Assembly (NCBI GenBank): GCA_013239625.1
Contig: MU054187.1
Span: forward strand, 7,449,395 to 7,469,394
Length of the DNA stretch: 20,000 nucleotides
Reading direction: 5' to 3'
DNA from: Lama guanicoe
Taxonomy: Eukaryota
Positions 1 to 9,709 of this stretch are shown one piece after another. Position 1 is the stretch's first letter. Each line of letters starts with the position of its first letter. A program made the position numbers and the translations under genes. Under the pieces are notes generated by a model. It did no database searches. It was not told the origin of the DNA and was given only the letters and a program-made list of their open reading frames with translations.

Positions 1-194
1 TAACACTTGTGCTGCTCTTCATGCACATGACCTCGTATTGCCACTGCTTCTAGTTGTCACTTCCGTGAATGGAACACTTTTTCCATTTGCATTTATAAGT
101 GTTATTACTTCCGCAGAGAAAAGCTATTGATTCAGAAGTATTTCTCTTGAACCCAGCAGGCGGATTATTTCAGTGAGTTTCTTCATCAGATTTA

Positions 195-296
195 CCATCC
201 ATTCAAGAGCTATGCACTGCGTACTCTTCTAAGCACTAAGGATGGAGCCGCTGACAGAGCACACAGGACCTCTGCCCTAATGCAACTCACATTCGA
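195..296 (-). mobile_element. L2 LINE 3' end fragment (ancient, degenerate)
   Basis: 'ccatccattcaa...ttctaagcactaaggat...gacctctgccctaatgcaactcacattc' resembles the recalled reverse complement of the L2 3' end (cattcattcaa...gtccctgccctcatggagcttacattct). Boundaries approximate. Confidence 0.6.
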
Positions 297-337
297 ACGC
301 TTACAGTAAGCGGAGGGGGACGTATGGTCTCAGTCAT

Positions 338-984
338 TGAGACTGAGGGGCAGGACAGGCTGAAGGGGCAAACTCAGAGTGTTTATACGACTTAATGGTG
401 TCCCTGCACAATGTGTCAAAGCGGCAGTCAACCCAGAGAGTGACTCTCCTCCCCATCTGACTTTCCTGGCAGGAAAGAGCTCTCTGGAGGAGGCCCCTCT
501 GTCTTGTGAGTTTAGCAGAGCTGTGCCGTCCCTAACCTTAAACCAGGCCCCGCCATGCGCCGCTCATCTCCCCCCCAGATCTTCTGCTGACACAACACAT
601 TGCTGAACCTGTTGGTTCTTCCCATAGGTCAAAGGAGGAAAAATGAAGACAAAGTAACTAACATATGAGCAGACCTCTCCCCTAGCTTCCCCTTCGGTAA
701 TGTTGTGAACAGACTGTGTGAGCAAGATAGTATCTAAAGAAAGGTCACGAGGAGTCAACAAGTCCGTTGCCTACTCCAGGGTTAACTGCAATCATGTCCC
801 CTTTTCCAATTAAAAACCTTCATGGCCAAGCAGAATTCTCGGAGCTGGTTTGGGGGACATCAGTCTGCCTTCTTTCCAGATTCCTGGCTTTCTGATTAAA
901 AGCAACGTTTTCTGTTTTAGTGAACACTTGCCTCTCACGTATTGGTTTTTGAGTGGCGAGCAGCCAGACCTGAGCTCAGTAACA
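338..984 (+). mobile_element. Solo LTR, ERV1-class (MER34/MER39-like U5 end)
   Basis: Starts TG (338) and ends ...GAGTGGCGAGCAGCCAGACCTGAGCTCAGTAACA (984), like recalled MER34/39-group LTR termini. ATTAAA polyA-type signal at 895-900; AT-rich TATA-like 'ttaaaaa' near 810. Flanked by AGTCAT (332-337) and AGTCCT (985-990). The 3' end is more certain than the 5' end. Confidence 0.75.
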
Positions 985-2119
985 AGTCCTCTCCGCCACT
1001 GTCAGAGGCTTCCACAACTTTCCCCCTCAGAGCCCCTGTATTTCCCCACTACATCTTTTCTTTCCTGCTTCACATGCTTTCAGAGTGTAGGTGCTCTGAG
1101 ACAGATCTTTCAACTTATGAAGTTGGGACGCACCAAAAATCCGTGTGTTGCCATTTAGAACTCAAGAAGGAAGGTAATGCAAAACAGGGCTGTTATTTAC
1201 CTAACCTTTACTAGAGACCAGTGAGTTAATCACTACATCATCTTTAGTTCCTTTATCCATATATTTGTAGACTTTTCGTTGATTTTCATCACAAAACAGT
1301 GTCGAGTGCTTCGTTAAGGTGTAAGTAGACGGTTATTCCTCTGGTCCTCCTAGGTACTCATTCAATTATGTCAAAAGACATGATGCCATCTGATGTGGCT
1401 CAGCCGCTTATAAGTGCGCATTGATAACTTGGCTACATAGCCCTCTTTCCGAGACAGACAAAGTTAATTTCCTTGTTGTGTTTTCAAATAATTTTTGAGA
1501 TACCAAGATACAAGTCATTTTAGTGATTAACAATTGACTCTACCTCTTCTGAAACTTGACTCACACCATTGTCTATAGCTCTGGAATAATTCCTTTGATG
1601 ACTATGATAAATCAAAGATATCTTGTCCAATAATTTTGCTGCCTCATAATCCTGATAAGATTGTTAGTCTTTATTATTGCCTGTCTAGACTCTCGCATCC
1701 AGGGGTTGATTATGACAAATCTGAATTGTACATTAATCCCTCTCTAGTTTTGTTTTCAAGCATATTAACTGAAATTTATAAACCAATTTCTGTTTATGTG
1801 CCTCTGGAACAAGCATAGGGCACTCAGTGGTTGCAGAGGCTTCATGGGCATAGTTATTGGTGATCAATAAAAGATTCTATAAGTGATTAGCTATTTAACT
1901 TTGGGGAGGGGGGAGCCCAGATAGACTAAGGGATGAGCTCCATGGCAGACAGAAGTGAGCTGAGTGCCTGGGAATCATGCTTCCTGTGAGTGAGAGACGC
2001 TCAAAGGCTGGAGTCATGTCAGTGTCCTCTGCTGTCTCCCCTCTCCCTGCTGCCAAGAACCACGTACTCTGCATTCTGTTAATGTGATTTCTTAGTATTT
2101 TCCCTTATTATTATGAGGT

Positions 2120-2247
2120 TCTCCCAGGTGGACATTATGTTCTTTGAAAATAAAAATTATGTCTTTATTTCTTCATTTTTGACCAATCTTTATCACCCAG
2201 TCCAGAGCCACACAAACATACATGTGACACTTAATGAATGCTATTGA
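2120..2247 (+). mobile_element. L2 3' end fragment (degenerate)
   Basis: 'ttctttgaaaataaaaattatgtcttt...ctttatcacccagtccagagccacac...cacttaatgaatgctattga' follows the layout of the L2 3' terminus. Confidence 0.45.
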
Positions 2248-2964
2248 CATGTGGGTTCAGGGGGGCTAAGCCCGGCCAGGCGGCCTGGGGAGGGGGCAGG
2301 TTATGCAGTTGCTGGTTGTGCTATGTCAGTGAGATAAAACCTCCCATGCTGTTTTCCTGCTATCGAAACATCTTAATTCAGAAATATCAACATAAGGTTA
2401 AGCAGCTGAGGCAAGTCCTTAGGGAAACCGGAGTATATGAAACAATTTCTGATTAGTCAAGTTTAGCTCCCCCATTGGGGGGCGGGTAGTAAATTGCCTC
2501 TTTTAGGGCGTAGCAGCGGGTAGCAACTGGCTGTCCAGATGATGCGCCCCTCTGCTTGGAAATGCGCAGACAGCTGGAGAATGATCAGAATCAGAATGCC
2601 CCTCTACACTGGGTCACTGGGAGCAGTACCTTTGGGCTGAGAGCTTCGCCCTTTAAGGAAGTAGCATAAAGGTGTAGGTTGAATTCAGTGCCTATTTCCC
2701 ATTTTCCTCATGTTTGAGTGTGGATTCCTTACATTCTTGGCTATTTTGAAAATACCAAGAAATACTGGTCTTTCAAGAGGCCAAACTCATAATAGGAGGA
2801 GCAGTTATGAAGAAAGTTCTCTTAAATGTTTACATGGGGAGGAGGGTAGAAGGTTGGTTATTGATTTGCACCTTTGGTAGAAGCTGATTGAAAATTCAGG
2901 GTTAGAACTATGCATTCTCCTTGAGTCTAGGCTATGCGACCATTTAGGACAGAATGCTGGTCAT

Positions 2965-3185
2965 TGCTACCGTTAATTATATGTTCATTGTGTGCCACAC
3001 CCTCTATACATCCACAGTTAGTCCTCACAACAAATCTGAAAGGTAGGTGAAATTATCCTTATTTTGCAGACGAGGATATGAGGTACAGAGCATGCAGAGC
3101 AGTTAGGTTATTTACCGAAAGTCACTCAGCTAATAAGCAGCAGAACCTTGTATGGCTTGGATCTGCGGGAATAGAACTCAGAAAC
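2965..3185 (-). mobile_element. MIR SINE
   Basis: Antisense MIR core: 'tcctcacaacaa...aggtaggtg...attatccttattttgcagacgaggatatgaggtacagag...gttaggttatttaccgaaagtcactcagctaataag'. Confidence 0.8.
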
Positions 3186-3524
3186 CGATGAGCTGTTCAA
3201 AACTCTGCCCTATGCTAACAAAATAACATGAAGTGACCTTTACAAAGACTATTTCTCATTATTTTGGGGTTGAATTCATAGGCAGGGACCTTGCTTTCTA
3301 TCATAATTAATAATCCACTACAGACATGTTTGAGTGAAGAATTTCTTTGGGCTTATCACTAATATAAATGGACATTTTACAGGTAATTATCTAAATCTCT
3401 ACTTGCACTTACTTTATGGCAATATATTTAAATTTGCATCAGCATACACATAATGGTAAACTTCAATTTGTTTCGTTAATAGACACACAGTTTTAATATT
3501 AAAATTATGGTAGGAAACCACATT

Positions 3525-3544
3525 TGGCCACCAGATGGCAGCAA
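3525..3544 (+). promoter_or_regulatory. CTCF core binding motif
   Basis: TGGCCACCAGATGGCAGCAA matches the CTCF core consensus (CCASYAGRKGGC) at every position, in unique AT-rich sequence. Binding itself is not shown by sequence. Confidence 0.7.
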
Positions 3545-4247
3545 TGCAGGATTTTAAAAGCCTTTCAAACAAAATCTCTTCCAGAGACTGTATCTTAAAT
3601 TTTGTTAATTCAGTTTGTGCCCTACTGAAATATACCTTCATATTATCTCAGGAGAAAGTGTATTTCATTTTGGCATAGGGAAAGTGAGCTAACCTCTGAA
3701 TTATTGGAAGCCTGGATTAATGAGGTTTTAATATATAGACATGTTTACAATAATTAACAGGATAAATTCTTTTTCTTAAGGAATCGATCACACTCATTAC
3801 AGCATATAAATATGTAGTTTAAAGTATAAATGGTTCTTATCTGGAAGTAGAACAGAATAAACTGTATTTAGTTGCACTTATTAGCAGTTTTAAGTTAGAT
3901 TATGGACTTTATGATAATGACACTGCATTTTAATAACACAGTGTAAGATTTAGGCTGTTCTCTCCCAGTTAGTCTGAATTAGTGTTTATTTTATTATATG
4001 TTTCCACACTAAATTCAAATATGGTAATGGTGTAAGTACTGATGATGATACTAATAATATATTACATCAAAGGAGTTCTGAATAGTTGACCAAGCATTTT
4101 CCTATAATCTATCTTATTTTGTGATTGATAGCTGGTAGACTGATTAATGTATAAGATCAGAAATTGTAGAAAGATATTACAATATTTGTTCAGGAAATAC
4201 TTCCTTAACTCTTTCTTACTTCCCTAGATGACTATGTGGCCCTCCTG

Positions 4248-4562
4248 ACAAACATAAACAAACATAGAGGTGGGGGGGGGAGGATGAGAGGGGATAAATA
4301 GGGAGTTTGAGATTTGCAGATACTAATATGTATAAAATAGATAAACAACAAGTTTGTACTGTAGAGCACAGGGAACTCTATTCAATATCCTGCAGTAACA
4401 TAAGGTGAGAAAGAATATGAAACGAATATATGTATGTTTATGTATGACTTAAGCAGTATGCTGTTCGCCAGAAATTGACACAACATTATAAACTGTCTAT
4501 ACATCAATAAAATATATATATATATACACACAAAATGAAACAAAATAAAAATCAACAAAAAG
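4248..4562 (+). mobile_element. L1 3' end, 5'-truncated (camelid/cetartiodactyl type) with A-rich/(TA)n tail
   Basis: 'ggggataaatagggagtttgagatttgcagatacta...ataaacaacaag...gcacagggaact...ccagaaattgacacaac...caataaaa' followed by (TA)n and an A-rich tail. Possible decayed TSD atgtggccct (4234-4243) / atgctgccct (4563-4572). Confidence 0.9.
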
Positions 4563-5404
4563 ATGCTGCCCTTAATGTACAGACATACTGTTAAATGAAT
4601 TTTTATCAATCAGTTTACACTACTTTATGCTGCATTAAAGAATAATCCTCTAAATCAAAAAAAAAAGGAAAAACCTGCAGGAAAATAGATGCATAATTTT
4701 ATGGAAGATCACCTTTGTCTCAAATGCTTAGAGGACTGATTCCTAAGGAATCCCTTTTGTGGAAGTTAATGTATCCCTCATGGGTAACCATTAGTGAGGT
4801 TTTGTGAAATGACAGACAACATTCTTGGATTATATTCAACTTAAAATTACAATTAAAAATCACTTAACTCTACATCTAGTGTCAAACCCAGGACTTAACA
4901 GGTTTCCAACACATCTGAGAATTCATTAGCCTTCCTTCTCCTTTGTTCTTTGACTTCTCTCGATTTCACACTCAGTGTACTGATTTCTTCCTCAGCCATG
5001 CAAGAAGATCTAATAGTATCTGTCTACGATACTTATTTTTTAATTCAGAACAATTCCTCTTCCAAGGCCAGTGTTAATTATACTGTCAGGATGTAGTGGT
5101 GGAGTTAACTCAGTTAAAAAGAAAGGGGAAAAAAAAGGGAAAGCAATTGCTAACCTGAGGCAAACTTTTGAGTTTGAGAACACAGCAGAAACACTCGCTG
5201 GACAGGGGATTAAATTTCCTTGTGACTCTGGATGTGTGGAGACACATGGGGGTTGGTGATTTAGTGAGTTAAGAATAATAATCCTTTAATTGCTTGGCTC
5301 CATATCTAAGGCTCTTCAACTGATTTCTATCTCAGGAGAACATTCCTGTCCATCCTTAGGGGAGAGATAGGGCAGACTTTCTGCTCCCCGCTCTTTGTTT
5401 GGGG

Positions 5405-5545
5405 GTCCTCAGACCTAGCCGTCAATTCCACTGTCTCTAAATCCCAGCTGCTAATCGGGGGGTGGGGGCGCCACACCACCTCCAGGTGGGCCACTGGCTG
5501 AGTTGTCTTGAGCACTTTCCTTAGGCTCTCTGAACCTTCATCATC
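5405..5545 (+). mobile_element. MIR fragment (degenerate)
   Basis: 'tcagacctagccgtcaattcc...ccactggctgagttgtcttgagcactttccttaggctctctgaacctt' resembles the sense MIR core. Confidence 0.45.
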
Positions 5546-5583
5546 AGTAACATTGAGGTGTTGACATCTGCATAGGACCATGC

Positions 5584-5611
5584 ATGCAAATGTATGCAAA
5601 TAAATGCAAAG
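5584..5611 (+). repeat. Short tandem repeat, 10-bp period, three ATGCAAA units (two perfect POU octamers)
   Basis: ATGCAAAT at 5584-5591 and 5594-5601; ATGCAAAG at 5604-5611. Confidence 0.8.
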
Positions 5612-6423
5612 AGCCCTCATACACAGCCTGGGATGTTTCTAATCCCTTTGCTCCTTTCTGTTCTTTCTAACCTTTCCTCAAATTCTCCTTCCAAGAGGGA
5701 TCTCAGTCAACGGCTTGCAGACGGATCGTCCCCAATGCCCCCTTCTTTCTGCTTGGTGTTCTTTCTCTGCATATTGTCTCTACAATTTTTTTAAACTGAG
5801 GTATAATACTCATTTCAAGTGTTCATATTGTCTTACCATAATGATTCTAAGGCTTTGGGATTTAGTGGACTTGTAACATGTAAAGAAAATTTTGAGGTCT
5901 GATATAAGGTGGCAACACTGTATTTAGCCAAGTAGGTTATAAAGAAATCTACCAGCTACTGTCACCACCATTTAATAGAAGATATGTTTTAACACCCAGA
6001 AGATAAGAAGGATGTAATTTTGAAATAGAGGACCATCTTTAAATGTCCTACACTTACTATGACAGGATGGTAAGCAAAGCTGCTGTCTTGATTCTGTGAG
6101 GAAGGACCCTGGGTCATGGGCAGTGAACGGCCAGGACCTCCTGTCCCGTGCCCTGGGGGTGACGGGCCAGGTATCTCTCCCCCAGAACACATGTGCATGC
6201 CCACAGACGGGGGAAGATTGAGAGGGTGCGGGGAGGTATCTTGGAAAGGTTAGCGAGCCATTGGCAGGAAGAAGAAAGATACAGAGAGAGTGAAGAGGCA
6301 GGAGAGACAAAGAAGCATGAGTAGAGGGGAGAGACTGAGGACAGAAGGATGAGAGATGGGAAGAGGACTTCCAAAAGTTTTGGTACTTTTTCCCCAGGAA
6401 CTAAAGTAAAAAAGGAAATTATT

Positions 6424-6633
6424 GGGAGAGGAATTAATTAGGAGTATGGGATTAGCAGATACAGACAACTGTGTATAAAATAGATAAACAACAAGGACCT
6501 GCCGTAAAGCACGGGGAACTACATTCGATGTCTTGTAATAACCTATAATGGAAAGGAATCCGAAGCTGTGCACCTGAAATGAACACAATATTGTAAATCA
6601 ACGGTAGTTAAATTTAAAACAAGAAAAGAAGAG
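6424..6633 (+). mobile_element. L1 3' end, 5'-truncated (cetartiodactyl type) with TSD
   Basis: 'gggagaggaattaattaggagtatgggattagcagatac...ataaacaacaaggacct...gtaaatcaac' plus A-rich tail. 13-bp TSD with one mismatch: aaaggaaattatt (6411-6423) / aaagtaaattatt (6634-6646). Confidence 0.9.
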
Positions 6634-7020
6634 AAAGTAAATTATTTTTCAACTACTTAGGATAATGGACTGAGTTTTTTTCTAGATTCTTTGAGTAGAA
6701 GCAAGTGTTGTAGAGCTCACATTTGCTTCGTGTATGTATCGCGATGCATCGTGGCTCTTTTCTTCACTGGCCACAGATGGAGCAGGTGCTGGTGTGCAGG
6801 AGAGCCCGGCTGCCCGGGGTGGACACTGAGCCGGCCTCGCTCCCTCAAGCCCCAGCCTCACCTGCCCTCCCCACTTTCCCGGGCCGGCCCCTGGGTGGCT
6901 CTCTTGTTCCTGGTGGCTGTTAAATGACTGCTGTTGCCTCAGCTCCACTCTTAACTCTACAGATCTGTGGCCCCAACCAGGGCCAGGGCGGGGCAGGCTC
7001 TCTGCTTCACTCAACAGATC

Positions 7021-7312
7021 TTTAAAAATTGAAGTGTAATTGGCATATAACCTTTGTGTCAGGGTCAGATGTACAACATGATGATGTGATATTTGTATAT
7101 GTTGCAAAATGAACCACAGTAAGTCTAGTTAACATCTGTCACCACGGGTGGTTACACATTTTTTTTCTTTTTGCGATGAGACCTTTTAAGATCTACTGTC
7201 TCAGCAACTTTCAAATATATGATACAGTATTATTCACTACAGTCGCCGTATTGCACATCACATCCCGAGGACTTACAACTGGAAGTTTGTTCCTTACGAC
7301 CCCTTTCCCTCA
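7021..7312 (-). mobile_element. L1 3' UTR fragment (L1MA9-like, older)
   Basis: 'attgaagtgtaattggcatataac...gatgagaccttttaagatctactgtctcagcaactttcaaatatatgatacagtatt...aactggaagtttg' is a typical antisense L1MA-class 3' end. Confidence 0.85.
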
Positions 7313-7882
7313 TACAGGATTTGTACGAGGTTCTCCAAAGGGATGCTGTGTTTTTCAGGTTTTGAAAACTACTCTCCAGGGAGTGGTCCGGGGGGCACTT
7401 GAAAAATACCACTTAGAAGTTGTTCTTGTGGATCCTAAATGCTTGGAGACAGAGTAGACGCTAGCTCACTCCAAACGCCTGTCTGCCTGCATTTCCTTCT
7501 CATCAGCAACAGGCTTTCCGAGTCCCCGGTGTCCCCTGCCTTTAGTCCTTCAGGAGCTGGCATTTCCCGAGCACTGCTTCACCTTCCTCCTTCTCCTCAC
7601 GACAAATAAGTCCACATCGCCAGCCTCTACTATTTCTCCTTCGCTGAGAGTCAGTCAGCCTATGGGCATCCCTCTCATGGACAATTATTACATATTACAC
7701 TGATGCAGAGCACATTTAATGACAAGAAATAAAAAGGATTGACTGTTACTGCGGGCTTGTCAATTCGATAGTCTAGAGAGTTTTATCTCCCTGTTTTGTA
7801 GAAAAGACTGTTACGTCAGACTGGGAGCCACCACTTTCATTATACGCCCAATTCTTCCAGCCATTGGATTCTCTGGTTGATT

Positions 7883-8034
7883 TTTTTCTTTTTTTTTGGC
7901 GGAGGGAGTTAATTAGGTTCATTTATTTTATTTTGTTTATCTATTTTTTTTTTCTGTGATGGAGTTACTGGGGATTGAACCCAGGACCTTGTGCATGATA
8001 AGCACCTGCTCTACCACTGAGCTATACCCTCCCC
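7883..8034 (-). mobile_element. Camelid tRNA-derived SINE (Vic-1-like), full length
   Basis: Minus strand reads GGGGAGGGTATAGCTCAGTGGTAGAGC...GGTCCTGGGTTCAATCCCCAGTAACTCCA, then an A-rich linker, AACCTAATTAACTCCCTCCGCC and poly(A). A box at 8014-8024, B box at 7971-7981. Flanking direct repeat tctggttgatt at 7872-7882 and 8040-8050. Confidence 0.9.
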
Positions 8035-8547
8035 TTGCTTCTGGTTGATTCTTTGAGGGCACATCAAGGTCTAGAAAAGGTTTCTCCTCTTCCCCCCAAA
8101 AAACAAAACCAAAAACCCCCCACAACGATTTACTTTTATTCTAGTCATGGAAACCACAAATCCTCTAATTGTCACAGATAACAAGGAGCGCTCTCTGGCA
8201 GGGAAAAGGAAACGCACGTTGGATGTTCATGCTCACTTATCTCACGCCCTTCCACATGCCTTCTGCCAAAGGGAGATGAGACTTTGCTACCCTGCTTGTG
8301 GCCTCCAGTAGCCCAAGGTGGAGAAGAAGAGCTTTTACCTCATTAGGAAACAGTCCCTCCAGGTGCTCCAAGGACCCGCACTTGCGAAGATGATCACTGA
8401 TCATCACGTGTCCTGGTAAACTTTGATCCGTGCAGTGAGAAGTGCTGGCCCCGATTCTAGTAACAAAGGCGAGGAAGTCCTAGCTGGTGGCGTGGCCAGT
8501 GTATCTTCACCTACAGAGTGACAATTCCTGGGCTCCTTCCTCAGGAT

Positions 8548-8670
8548 CAGTGTGGTAGATTGGAAAGACCAGTCTCCAGAGCCCTCAGATCAGTTCCTTG
8601 CTGTGTGACAGTTGCCAGAAATTCCTGAGTCTGCATTTCATCACCTGTCAGAGAGGCTTAATTAGTTAAT
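8548..8670 (+). mobile_element. MIR fragment
   Basis: 'cagtgtggtagattggaaagacc...cttgctgtgtgacagttg...ctgagtctgcatttcatcacctgtcag' resembles the MIR 5' end and core. Confidence 0.55.
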
Positions 8671-8689
8671 TTCTGCCTTGACACTTTAT

Positions 8690-8810
8690 AGAATAAATAG
8701 TAATAAATAAATAATAATACAATTTATTATTTGTCATAAGGAACAATAATTGTATTATTATTTATACATACAATACAAGAATAAATAATAATACAAATAA
8801 CTAACAAAAA
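8690..8810. repeat. AT-rich tract with an 18-bp perfect inverted repeat and a third direct copy
   Basis: ATAAATAATAATACAATT (8707-8724) is the exact reverse complement of 8748-8765. AATAAATAATAATACAA occurs at 8706-8722 and again at 8780-8796. Confidence 0.85.
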
Positions 8811-8884
8811 TACATTGAGATCTGGCTCTAAAACAGCTCTGGGCTGTGTCTCTTATAAACACGTGTGATTTAGAAAGAGGGTAG

Positions 8885-9040
8885 CATTTCATCCTCCCGA
8901 CAAGCCACGAGAGTGTTTGTTATTATTCCCATGTTACAAGTGGAGAGACAGGTTTAGTGGGGTGAGGGACTTCCGTTACATCAAACAGCTAGGAAGAGCC
9001 AGAGCCTGGGGGAACCCAGGCAAGATGTCTCAAAGCTGTG
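8885..9040 (-). mobile_element. MIR SINE
   Basis: 'catttcatcctcccgacaagccacgaga...ttattattcccatgttacaagtggagagacagg...acagctaggaagagccagagcctggg...acccaggc' is antisense MIR. Confidence 0.7.
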
Positions 9041-9709
9041 GCCATCACATGGACCCAAGTCTTTCTCAAGCTTCAGAACTGTACTGATCCCTTTAATGGG
9101 CAGGGGACTGGGGTGAAGATTCTCAGATCCTTATATTGGATGTGAATTATTTTTGTTCCATGTTGCTAAATTTCCATTAGCTGAAAATTAAGTATCTGAT
9201 AGTAGAGGAGAGAGATTGTTGCTTTGGTCTTTACCACGTGGATATGGCGCTGATCGCCTGATAAAAGCGTAAGAGCTTTTGAGATCAGCATTAACTCTTC
9301 GACCACGTGCCCTGCGGTGGTTCAGTTCTGCCACTTTTCTCGATGTGAACTGCAGGAAAGCCTTTTGTCTTGCAGCTCTTTATGTTATTTGGCTTTCTTT
9401 TGGCTAAAAAGCAGGATTTCCATGTTAAGTTCACTTCTGTTGATTTTACATTAGCCTTTGACACAAAGCAACTTGGTACTGACACATTCATGAACCAATG
9501 CTCAGGCAGGCACTTTACCAATGTTCTCAAATTTCTGTAATGGACAGACTCTCTTAAAGGAAAAGCAGGGTTTCTTGCTCCTATTAGGTTATAAGGTGGT
9601 TATCCATATCATTGAAAATATGCTTTTAGTGCTTTCTGAAAAACTGTTAGTTTAACAGAGGCACAGGATCTAAATACTCTGCTAGGAATCCTCATATTAT
9701 CAAGAATAC

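Noticed and set aside
117..172. Exon-like 56-nt segment (ccgcag|...TCA|GTGAGT; RKAIDSEVFLLNPAGGLF)
   Set aside because: Modest splice signals, unrecognised peptide and no convincing coding chain; indistinguishable from a pseudo-exon.
6205..6366. Purine (GA)-rich tract
   Set aside because: Low-complexity sequence, possibly a decayed L2. No regular mirror repeat was seen to support H-DNA.
6682..7107. Longest ORF (141 aa, minus strand)
   Set aside because: It begins inside an L1 3' UTR fragment and runs through a GC-rich patch where stops are rare. It has no recognisable domain, and overlapping ORFs occur on the other strand.
7960..8034. tRNA-like sequence ending in CCA
   Set aside because: It is the head of a SINE (A-rich tail, flanking direct repeats, poorly paired anticodon arm), not a tRNA gene.
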